Origin: Candidatus Poribacteria bacterium
GTDB taxonomy: Bacteria; Poribacteria; WGA-4E; WGA-3G
Assembly (NCBI GenBank): GCA_965242965.1
Contig: OZ251518.1
Location: 832,001-896,000, forward strand
Direction of reading: 5' to 3'
DNA: 64,000 nucleotides
Part shown: in pieces, positions 47,689-56,670 of the stretch
Layout of the letters: every line of letters starts with the position of its first letter
Position numbering within the stretch: the first letter of the stretch is position 1
Made by a program: the position numbers and the translations under genes
Notes under the pieces: generated by a model
What the model was told of the DNA's origin: nothing
Databases searched by the model: none
The model's input: only the letters and a program-made list of their open reading frames with translations

Positions 47689-49914
47689 TCAAAACGCCGC
47701 CGAAATGCCTAAATACGGGATGATCGGGAACTGATTCACCGGTTCCTTTGTCTTGTAATCCGCGCTGTAGTTGTATTGCAACAAATTTGCACGGTTATAG
47801 GCGTTGAGGAGCTCCAAGAAGACACCCAACTGCCACCCGCTAAATTTAAAGGTTTTACTGACGCGCAGATCCAACCGATGATAAGGCGGAAGCCGGTCCG
47901 AATTCGTCTCACCATAAGTCGGAATCCAGATGGCTTTTCCGTTTCTCGGGTCGATGCCAGGGGTTGTCGCAATAATAGGCGTGTAAGGGTTGCCAGACCG
48001 GTACTGCCATTTCGCGCCAATTTCCCACGTCGGTGAAAGGTTATAGCTCGCGACGAGAGTGGCGACATGCGTCTGATCAAACGAGTAGAGCCGATAGGGT
48101 TCTTCGGGCCGGTCGCGGCGTTTGGAGAGCGCGTAAGCGTAAGATACCCAGCCGAAAAACCGTTCTCCGATCCGATGCCGGAGGAAAATCTCAGCCCCTT
48201 GCGCATAGCCGGTGCCTTGATTCAGATAGCTGCCCTCGCGATCGGAAGTAACGAGACCTCTGAAATCTTTATAGTAACCAGCCATCTTAATCTCTGTATC
48301 GGGTGACAGCTCCTGTGTCAATTCCATGATGTAGTGACTCGCCTCACTGGCACCCAGGTCTGGGTTTCCAATGGAGGCAGAGAGGAGCCAAGGTTGCGGG
48401 CTCTGGTTGTAAACGCCGTAGGAGAATTGGAGTTCTGAGCTGTTTGGCAGTTCAACGAGGATGCTGCCGCGCGGTTGGATGGAGAGTTCATCGATGCGGC
48501 TGAAATAATCAAACCGCATCCCGAAAACAACGGACAACATCGGTGTCAGTGCGAACCGGTCTTGTAGATATCCTTCAGTTCGTATGCCTCGGACGGACTC
48601 ATCCACGGTCTGCCGTTCCTCAAAGCGAATGTCGTAATCCTCTTCGCCTTCGTCGGGTATGCGACTGAAAGTGCCGGTGACTTGACCCGGTTCCAAGGCG
48701 AGGACGATGCCGGATTCCAACTGATGCTTGGGTGTGACATTGAATGTGAGGTCTTCGCGTAGGACGTAGTCCGGTGCGTCAATGTTGAGTGAAAACGCGG
48801 AACCGATATCAACGTCAAACAAGAAATCGGAACGGGTTAAGGATAAAAAAGAGGTTAACCGTTCTGATAAAAGGGAGCGGAGGTGGATGCCTGCGCCGTT
48901 GAACCCGCTTTGAAATTGCGAGTCGCCCCGGAATTCTTCGTCCACGTCTTCGCCATCTTGCCTGAAAGCGAACCGGTCGCCGGATGCGAAGAGGTTCGCC
49001 GACAATTGATGTTTGTCTCCGAGATCGTAGCCTCCTTTGAGTTGGTAATCCCAGAAGCGTGGAAATGCCGTAATCGCGCCTGTATCAAAGGACAACGAAT
49101 TAATAAACAGATCGATGTAGCTACGTCGTCCTGCGGCGTACCAGTATCCGTTGTCTCCGATGTCGCCTTGGAGGACACCTTCCGAGTAAAGGAGATTCAG
49201 GTTAAATTTTCCGTGCAGTCCGCCACGGCTACTATCTTGTGAATAGATGTCAATGACTGCCTGCGAGTCAATGCCAAATTCTGCGCCGTAGCCGCCGGCA
49301 TAGACATCAATCCTGTCAATAATTTCGGAGCTCACGGATGAGACGAGTCCTCCGAAATGGTAGGGATATCCAAAGGGCACCCTGTCAAAATAGTAAAGAT
49401 TGTCTTCGTCGGAGCCGCCGCGGATATAGAGTGCGCCGCTAAAATCGTTCGCGACACCGATGCCTGGGAGCGCGGGTAAGGCGCGCAGCACATCGCCGCC
49501 GGTGCCGGGTAAACGGGTGAGTTCCTCGGCACCGAGGCTTTTCTTGCTTACCGTTTTCGCCTCCCGTTTATCGGTTACCTCTATGCCTTCCAGTTCATAA
49601 GTCTCCATTTCGACGTTAATTTTGGGATTAGCCGTCTCACCGGCGACGACGGTGACAGCGGTTCGCGTTGTTACATCGGAATTCGGAACCGCGACGACGA
49701 GGGTATAAATGCCTTCGGGGACATCTGTGATGACAAACCTCCCGTTTTCATCGGTGGTTTGAAGTTCGTTTGTCTGGAGAAGGCGGACTTCGGCATTCGC
49801 TAACGGTGTGCCGGTGTCCCGGCGAGAGACGGTGCCTTCAATATTGCCTGTTTGTGCAAGGGCGGCGAAGGGTAATAATAACACCAACGCGCTGTAAAAA
49901 AACTGCTTTACCAT
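47689..49914 (-). CDS. TonB-dependent receptor with N-terminal carboxypeptidase-regulatory-like domain
   Basis: AQTGNIEGTV, LYIRGG, IDVYAGGYGAEFG, YHRLDLR, C-terminal Phe. Confidence 0.92.
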   Translation of the reverse strand: MVKQFFYSALVLLLPFAALAQTGNIEGTVSRRDTGTPLANAEVRLLQTNELQTTDENGRFVITDVPEGIYTLVVAVPNSDVTTRTAVTVVAGETANPKINVEMETYELEGIEVTDKREAKTVSKKSLGAEELTRLPGTGGDVLRALPALPGIGVANDFSGALYIRGGSDEDNLYYFDRVPFGYPYHFGGLVSSVSSEIIDRIDVYAGGYGAEFGIDSQAVIDIYSQDSSRGGLHGKFNLNLLYSEGVLQGDIGDNGYWYAAGRRSYIDLFINSLSFDTGAITAFPRFWDYQLKGGYDLGDKHQLSANLFASGDRFAFRQDGEDVDEEFRGDSQFQSGFNGAGIHLRSLLSERLTSFLSLTRSDFLFDVDIGSAFSLNIDAPDYVLREDLTFNVTPKHQLESGIVLALEPGQVTGTFSRIPDEGEEDYDIRFEERQTVDESVRGIRTEGYLQDRFALTPMLSVVFGMRFDYFSRIDELSIQPRGSILVELPNSSELQFSYGVYNQSPQPWLLSASIGNPDLGASEASHYIMELTQELSPDTEIKMAGYYKDFRGLVTSDREGSYLNQGTGYAQGAEIFLRHRIGERFFGWVSYAYALSKRRDRPEEPYRLYSFDQTHVATLVASYNLSPTWEIGAKWQYRSGNPYTPIIATTPGIDPRNGKAIWIPTYGETNSDRLPPYHRLDLRVSKTFKFSGWQLGVFLELLNAYNRANLLQYNYSADYKTKEPVNQFPIIPYLGISAAF

Positions 49915-50008
49915 GTCGGTAAATTTCTCCTTATTGTGCGAAAATTGGATATGTTTCAATTGTAACATTTCCATCGTCAGAATTGCCAAGAATTGGCGAA
50001 AATTAAAA

Positions 50009-50490
50009 TGAGGGTGTTTCCTAACTCGTGAGACCTTGAACGATTCCGTTTCCCCAGTAGGAGAGACCTCCTGGTCTCGATTTCTTTCTTCTTTCTGTCG
50101 TCGTGCCTACCGGGGCCGCGGTGCCTGTAGGTCAAGATCGCCTGATCTTGACCTGTTTGTGATCAGGCGATCACAAACTACAGAGGAAGAAACACACATC
50201 GTGACGTTGGAGATCGCGGGGGACAGGCCCCCGCGCTACGGTTGTCGAGGCCGTCTTCCTTTCATCGTAGGGCTTGGGCCCTCGCATGCCACGCGCGCAT
50301 GCGAGAGGGTTTCCCTCGCCATCGTTCGCGCGCCAGGCTCTGTAGTTCAGGAGCACCTGCTCCTGAACTGTTTGTGATCAGGCGATCACAAACTACAGAG
50401 GAGGGCACAATGTCTTCCGGGAACATCGAGACCAGGAGGTCTCTCCTACCGGGAATGCATCGAGACCCCGAGGGCTCTCCTACCGGCCCC
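50009..50490. repeat. Mosaic REP cluster starting with a MITE-type end
   Basis: tgagggtgtttcctaactcg followed by C, B, A, nested A, B, C, C modules. Confidence 0.88.
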
Positions 50491-50492
50491 CG

Positions 50493-52799
50493 TTAAAATT
50501 CATAAATAATGCCGGTAGAAACAATGAAGGGAAACTGCGGAATCTCCGTTAATTCGTTTAACTCCTCAGCATTAGATTCTTCGTTTTGTGAAACGACTTC
50601 CAGCAACTCATCGGAGAAAACGAATTTCATCACATTTCTGCGGTTGTAGACATTCAATACTTCCACAAATCCAGTGAGCGGGAGTCCCCACAATTCCCGT
50701 TTGGCGTTCATCCGCAGATCTAACCGGTGATACGTCGGCAGGCGTGTCCGGAAGGCAGAGCCCACCTCTCCAGAAAGAAGCGGGTGCATGCCGCGTGTCC
50801 CCGGGTCTTGGATGAGAATCAATTCGCTCAACGGGACAGCAGAAGTGCCGCTGGAAAATTGCCACTTCGCGCCTACCTCAATCCGAGGTGTGAGGCTGTA
50901 ATTGCCCACGATGCTGACGATGTGAGTATTATCAAAGAGATAGGGTTGATACTCGGCATGCGGGTAAGCGCGTCGCTCGGCATGCGTCCATGCGTAAGAG
51001 AACCAACCGAAGAATTTCTCATTGACTCGGTGCCGCACGAAAACCTCCGCGCCGCTAATAGTTCCATCTCCCTGATTGCGATAGCCTTCTGCCTCGTCGC
51101 GAGTGACGAGATTCTCCGATGTCTTGTAATATCCTGCCAATTTGAACTCCGTTTGCGGTGACAAGTCGTGCTCTAATTCGGCGATATAGTGGTGCGCGAT
51201 ACTGGATTTCAAATTGCGGTTTCCTCTTTCGGTAAACAACTGATACGGCTGTGGGCTCTGTTCATAGCGGCCGTAAGCCAACCGAAGCCGGGAACTGTTC
51301 GGCAGCGTGAACACGAAGGCACCCCGCGGCTGAACGGAAAGTTCCTCTGTTAGATTGAGATGATCAAGTCTCACGCCTGCGGCAGCCGACAGAAAGGGGA
51401 CAGGTTCATAGCGCGCCTGCAAGTAACCTTCCGTTCGGCGGACTTGGATGTTGAAATCGTCGCGGGTTTGTCGCCATTCCATCTCTCCATCGTCTCCATC
51501 GTCACCTAATTCAGAAGGGAGGATAGGGACGGTGGATACCTCGAAACTTTTCGGTGAACCGAAGGCAATCAGGAACCCGGGCTCCAACCGAAACTTCGGC
51601 GTTAAGTGATACGTCACGTCCTCGCGGAGGGTGTAGAGAGGCGCGTTCACTACGACGTTGTATCTGAATTCTTCATCGGCATCACTCGCTTCCGCACCGA
51701 AATTGATGTTGAGGAAATTGAGGGAGCGCGTCAGCGATAAATGCGACGTAAGTTCCGGCGTAATCTCCGAACGGAGATGAATGCCGCCACCTTCAAACCC
51801 GTTTTTGAAATAGGCATTGAACGGCGAGACTTCCTCATCTTGCCCTAAATCGGCGTTGGAGAAATCGAAATGATCGTTCGCGCTCAAGGCGTTCAGCGTC
51901 AGGTGATGTTTGTTCGTAAAATCATAAGCGAATTTGAACTGATAATCCGAAACGTAGGGAATCGTGAAATTGAAGAAGAGCCCGAAAATGAGATCGGGAA
52001 TGGAACGGCGCGCGGCGGCGTAGGCGTATCCATTATCCCCGATTTGTCGCTCAACGAACGCTTTCGGATATAAGATGTTCAGGTCAAGGACACCGCCCCA
52101 TTTTTTAGTTGCACGTTCGCGGGAACGGATGTCCAACACCGCCTGCGAATCCATGCCAAATTCCGCGCCGTAGCCGCCGGCATAAATCTGAATCTCGTCA
52201 ACGATATCTACATTTATTGTTGAGACGAGCCCGCCGTAATGGAACGGATAACCGAACGGCACTCTATCAAAGTAATGGAGGGTATCTCCCGGTGCGGCAC
52301 CGCGGATATAGAGGATACCGAAAATGTCATTTGGAATGCCGATGCTTGGCAGCGTCGTGATGCCCTTGAGTGCATCGCGTCCCGTGCCGGGGAGACGAAT
52401 CAACTCGCTTTTGCGAATATCTTTGCGGCTAACAGTCGACGGCAGTCGTTCGCCTTCCACAATAATTTTCTCCAACGCGACGACTTCGTCAAGGCGGATT
52501 TCCACCCGCGTCGTTTCGTCTGCCTTGACGACAAACGTGCTTTGTTGCGGTGTATCAAAAGACGGATGCGAGATGGACACCGTGTAGGTGCCCGGGGCAA
52601 TGCCGGTGAACGTGAATCGTCCTGCTGCATCGGTTGTTTGGTGCATGTCGGTTTCAAGCATAAATATATCGGCACCGGCGAGAGGGGTTCCTGTGTTTTG
52701 ATTGATGACGGTGCCTTCAATCGCGCCGGTCTGGGAAAAAACTATCATTGGCATCGCGAGAATCAATAATAGCGAGAAAAGAGTGCTTATGCTTTTCAC
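50493..52799 (-). CDS. TonB-dependent receptor with N-terminal carboxypeptidase-regulatory-like domain
   Basis: SQTGAIEGTV, LYIRGA, IQIYAGGYGAEFG, YHRLDLR, C-terminal YEF. Confidence 0.92.
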   Translation of the reverse strand: MKSISTLFSLLLILAMPMIVFSQTGAIEGTVINQNTGTPLAGADIFMLETDMHQTTDAAGRFTFTGIAPGTYTVSISHPSFDTPQQSTFVVKADETTRVEIRLDEVVALEKIIVEGERLPSTVSRKDIRKSELIRLPGTGRDALKGITTLPSIGIPNDIFGILYIRGAAPGDTLHYFDRVPFGYPFHYGGLVSTINVDIVDEIQIYAGGYGAEFGMDSQAVLDIRSRERATKKWGGVLDLNILYPKAFVERQIGDNGYAYAAARRSIPDLIFGLFFNFTIPYVSDYQFKFAYDFTNKHHLTLNALSANDHFDFSNADLGQDEEVSPFNAYFKNGFEGGGIHLRSEITPELTSHLSLTRSLNFLNINFGAEASDADEEFRYNVVVNAPLYTLREDVTYHLTPKFRLEPGFLIAFGSPKSFEVSTVPILPSELGDDGDDGEMEWRQTRDDFNIQVRRTEGYLQARYEPVPFLSAAAGVRLDHLNLTEELSVQPRGAFVFTLPNSSRLRLAYGRYEQSPQPYQLFTERGNRNLKSSIAHHYIAELEHDLSPQTEFKLAGYYKTSENLVTRDEAEGYRNQGDGTISGAEVFVRHRVNEKFFGWFSYAWTHAERRAYPHAEYQPYLFDNTHIVSIVGNYSLTPRIEVGAKWQFSSGTSAVPLSELILIQDPGTRGMHPLLSGEVGSAFRTRLPTYHRLDLRMNAKRELWGLPLTGFVEVLNVYNRRNVMKFVFSDELLEVVSQNEESNAEELNELTEIPQFPFIVSTGIIYEF

Positions 52800-52819
52800 T
52801 AAAAAACGCCTCTCCTTTC

Positions 52820-53110
52820 CGTAGGGCGAGGGCCTGTCCCTCGCCAGTGCTCGCGTACTCCAACGCTCGCGGGGGACAGGCCCCCGCGCTACGATAAAAA
52901 ACGCCTGTCCCTCACCGTAGGGCGAGGGCCTGTCCCTCGCCGTGCCTAGATCTGCACGGGAAACGGCCTTGGTCTGCGTGCGGTTTTCGCGCGGATCGAA
53001 CGATCGCGGGGGACAGGCCCCCGCGCTACGGAAAAAAACGTCTCTTGAACGATCGCGGGGGAAACCCGCTCGGATGCGCGTGTGGCATCCGAGGGGCCCC
53101 GCGCTACGAT
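52820..53110. repeat. REP-like cluster (family A doublets, nested A)
   Basis: Inverted family A pairs. Confidence 0.88.
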
Positions 53111-53224
53111 AAAAAACGTCTCTTGAGCCAATGAAATCAACATTGCATTTAACGTTAGGGGAGGCTTTTGGGTTGACCTGAATACGGAAGACAGAGATAG
53201 AAATTTCCAGACGGCAGGCAATAA

Positions 53225-54061
53225 TCAGCGTGCTAACAGATTCGCCAAGGCTGCGAATTCAGCAATATCCAGCGTTTCGGCGCGCCGCTGAGGAGATATA
53301 TCAAGTGCTTCAAACGCCGAAGTTAACGCCTCGGCTGAGGCAAACTTGCCTTTCGCTAAGGCGTTTTTCAACATCTTCCGACGCATCCGAAACGCTGTTC
53401 GGACTACTTGAAAGAAGTGCGCTTCGTCATCAACGGCGACTGGCGGGACATCGCGCATCGTTAATTTCAGGAGTGCCGATTCTACTTTGGGAGGCGGGTA
53501 AAAGTTGTCGGGGGACAGCAGCGCGATAAACGTCGCTTCGGCGTAATATGAGACACCGATTGTCAACGCGCCGTAATCTTTGCCGCCGGGTGAGGCGACG
53601 ATTCGTTCCGCTACTTCTTTCTGCATCATTAAGACGCAGCTGTCAAGCCGCTCATGATGCGCTAAGAGTTTCCACAAGATAGGCGTTGTGATGTGATAGG
53701 GCAAGTTGGCGATGACCTTGGGCGGCGTATCTGCTTCCAACAACACGTCAAGGTCCGATTTGAGGATATCGGCGTGGATAAGTCGGACATGTGAGTTCGC
53801 TGAAAATTGCGCTTTCAAGGCGGCGGATAACAGCGCGTCCACTTCAACGGCGATTACTTGTTTCGCTTGCGCGGCTAGGACGGTGGTGAGGCAGCCTAAC
53901 CCGGCACCGATTTCTATCACGGTGTCGGTATCGGTTACCTCGCCTGTTTCAAGGATAAGTGTCAGCGCGTCGGGATTTATGAGGAAGTGTTGTCCTAAGT
54001 GCTTTTTGGGTCGGGTGTCGTTGATTGCGAAGAAGTCGCGGATTTGTTGTTGGAGTGTCAT
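53225..54061 (-). CDS. rsmA: 16S rRNA adenine dimethyltransferase
   Basis: KKHLGQHFL, EIGAGLG, IANLPYHIT, MQKEVAERI, PPPKVES, RAETL. Confidence 0.96.
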   Translation of the reverse strand: MTLQQQIRDFFAINDTRPKKHLGQHFLINPDALTLILETGEVTDTDTVIEIGAGLGCLTTVLAAQAKQVIAVEVDALLSAALKAQFSANSHVRLIHADILKSDLDVLLEADTPPKVIANLPYHITTPILWKLLAHHERLDSCVLMMQKEVAERIVASPGGKDYGALTIGVSYYAEATFIALLSPDNFYPPPKVESALLKLTMRDVPPVAVDDEAHFFQVVRTAFRMRRKMLKNALAKGKFASAEALTSAFEALDISPQRRAETLDIAEFAALANLLAR

Positions 54062-54114
54062 GGTTTTTTTTGTATTGGGGCGTTTTGCAGTGGGAAAAAA
54101 ACGCCGCCCCTTCC

Positions 54115-54565
54115 CGTAGGGCGAGGGCCTGTCCCTCGCCATCGTTTTGCTGCCAGACCTCCTCCCCTCTGTAGGTCAGGATCGCCTGATCCTGACCCGT
54201 TTGTGATCAGGCGATCACAAACTACAGAGGAGCGAAACGTCCCCCGTCACCGTAGGGCGAGGGCCTGTCCCTCGCCATGCCTCGGTCTATCGAACGATCG
54301 CGGGGGACAGGCCCCCGCGCTACGGTTGTGGAGGCTGCCTTCCCGTTACCGTAGGGCGAGGGCCTGTCCCTCGCCATCGTTTTGCTGCCAGACCGCATCA
54401 CCTCTGTAGGTCAGGAGCGCCTGCTCCTGACCTGTTTGTGATCAGGCGATCACAAACTACAGAAGGGGAAATACACATCGGGACGATCGCGGGGGCCTGT
54501 CCCCCGCGCTACGATACTCGCACGCGCCAACGATCGCGGGGGCCTGTCCCCCGCGCTACGGTAGG
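54115..54565. repeat. REP-like cluster (A and B)
   Basis: Repeated A-B-B' modules. Confidence 0.9.
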
Positions 54566-54580
54566 GAGACGGTTTCGGAC

Positions 54581-55915
54581 TCAATAGACTGCCAAATAAT
54601 TATCAGTCTCCCACTGGCTGACACTGCGATTGTAGCGATTCCACTCGGCGCGCTTGACTTCAATGTAGTAGTCGGCGTAATCCGCACCGAGCGCGTTCTT
54701 GATAACCTCATCGTGTTCAAGATAATCAAGCGCATCGCTGAGCGTCGTCGGTAGAAAACCGATGTTCCGACGTTTGAGTTCATCTTCCGGGACTACGTAA
54801 AGATTGTCGACATTCCGTTCCCCAGGATCGATCTGGTTTTCAATGCCATCTAATCCGGCGGCGAGGAGGACTGTCATCGTCAGATACGGGTTCGCCGCGC
54901 CATCGCCCAAGCGGTTCTCAATGCGTCCCGGCGCAGGAATGCGAATCATCTGCGTCCGATTATTGGCACCATAAGTAACATAAACGGGTGCCCACGATGC
55001 CCCAGACCTCGGCGCACCACGGACGAGACGTTTGTAACTGTTGACGAGTGGATTCGCAACCGCCGTGATGGCCTTCGCATGCTTCAGAATCCCGCCGGTA
55101 AACCAATAAGCGAGTTGCGTCAAACCGCATTCATCGTCCTCATCGAGGAACAGGTTCGTCTGATTAGGCTCGTCCCAGAGGCTCATGTGAAAGTGCGCGC
55201 CGTTGCCGGTCAGATTGGTGAACGGTTTCGGCATAAACGTCGCCAACAGCCCGTTTTCTTCCGCGACCGTTTTAACCATCCACTTGAAAAAAGTGTGCCG
55301 GTCTGCTGTCGTCAGCGCGTCGGCGTATGTCCAGTTTGTCTCGTATTGACACGTCGCATCCTCGTGGTCATTCGCGTAAGGATCCCACCCTAATTCTTGC
55401 ATGTATTTGATTAAGGTAGTCATCATGTCAAGATTGCGATGCAATGCGCGCAGATCATAGCACGGTTTATCCAGCGTGTCAAGCGTGTCCCACGGGGCGT
55501 ATTGCCCCCTTTCGTCCTGCTTCAACAGCATGAATTCCGCCTCAACGCCGACGTTGAAAACGTAACCTTTCGCCTCCGCTTTCTCCAATTGCTGACGGAG
55601 GATGGTGCGCGGACAGCAATGCCACGATGCGCCTTCGACATACATATCGCCTGCTACCCAGGCGAGGTTTTTGCGCCACGGGACGATGGTGAGTGAATTG
55701 AAGTCGGGGATGCACGCCATTTCAGGTTCGTGGGGCCATTGCCCGATTTCGCCGGCGGCGAATCCGCCGAAGCCGGCACCTTCTTCTGCCATATCGTCAA
55801 GGTGCGTTGCGGGGATGACTTTCGCCTTCGGCGCGCCGCTCATTTCTACGAAAGAGCAGAGGAAAAATTCGATGCCTTCTTCTTCGATTAGATATTTGAC
55901 ATGGTTTCGTGTCAT
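54581..55915 (-). CDS. glnT: GlnT-type glutamate-ammonia ligase / possible gamma-glutamylmethylamide synthetase
   Basis: GAPKAKVIPA, GAGFGGFA, KPCYD, NDHEDATCQYETNW, FMPKPF, SGASWAP. Confidence 0.8.
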   Translation of the reverse strand: MTRNHVKYLIEEEGIEFFLCSFVEMSGAPKAKVIPATHLDDMAEEGAGFGGFAAGEIGQWPHEPEMACIPDFNSLTIVPWRKNLAWVAGDMYVEGASWHCCPRTILRQQLEKAEAKGYVFNVGVEAEFMLLKQDERGQYAPWDTLDTLDKPCYDLRALHRNLDMMTTLIKYMQELGWDPYANDHEDATCQYETNWTYADALTTADRHTFFKWMVKTVAEENGLLATFMPKPFTNLTGNGAHFHMSLWDEPNQTNLFLDEDDECGLTQLAYWFTGGILKHAKAITAVANPLVNSYKRLVRGAPRSGASWAPVYVTYGANNRTQMIRIPAPGRIENRLGDGAANPYLTMTVLLAAGLDGIENQIDPGERNVDNLYVVPEDELKRRNIGFLPTTLSDALDYLEHDEVIKNALGADYADYYIEVKRAEWNRYNRSVSQWETDNYLAVY

Positions 55916-55959
55916 AAGATGGTTCTCCGTGTTGGGACGATAAAAAACGTCTTCTTTCA

Positions 55960-56670
55960 TCGTAGGGCGAGGGCCTGTCCCTCGCCATGCCTCGATCTAC
56001 CGAACGCTCGCGGGGGACAGGCCCCCGCGCTACGGGTGTCAAGACCGCCTTCCCCTCACCGTAGGGCGAGGGCCTGTCCCTCGCCATGCTGCGGTCCACC
56101 GGAAACTCGCGGGGGACAGGCCCCCGCGCTACGGGAAAAATAACGGTTTTTTGAGCTCAATAAAAACACCCCTTCATCGTAGGGCGAGGGCCTGTCCCTC
56201 GCCATGCCTCGGGGCACCGAACGATCGCGGGGGACAGGCCCCCGCGCTACGGGAAAATAACGGTTTTTGAACTCATAAAAACGTCACCCCTCATCGTAGG
56301 GCGAGGGCCTGTCCCTCGCCATGCTGCAGTCTACCGAACGCTCGCGGGGGACAGGCCCCCGCGCTACGGGAAAAATAACGGGTCTTGAGCTCAATAAAAA
56401 CGTCACCCGTCACCGTAGGGCGAGGGCCTGTCCCTCGCCATGCTCCGGTCTACCGAACGATCGCGGAGGACAGGCCCCCGCGCTACGATAAAATAACGCC
56501 TTCGCGCGTTCCAACGATCACGGGGGACAGGCCCCCGCGCTACGGTTGTCGAGGCCGCCTCCCCTCACCGTAGGGCGAGGGCCTGTCCCTCGCCATGCTC
56601 CGGTCTATCGAACGATCGCTGGAGAATCGAGACCAGGAGGTCTCTCCTACGGTATTGCATCAAGACCGGG
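55960..56670. repeat. Tandem array of six family A REP doublets (about 100-155 bp period, core units about 118 bp)
   Basis: Units start near 55961, 56060, 56178, 56296, 56414 and 56569; the linkers resemble each other. Confidence 0.92.

Noticed and set aside
55960-56670. CRISPR array
   Set aside because: Repeats come as inverted doublets, linkers resemble one another and vary in length, the same repeat is scattered across the window, and no cas genes are present.
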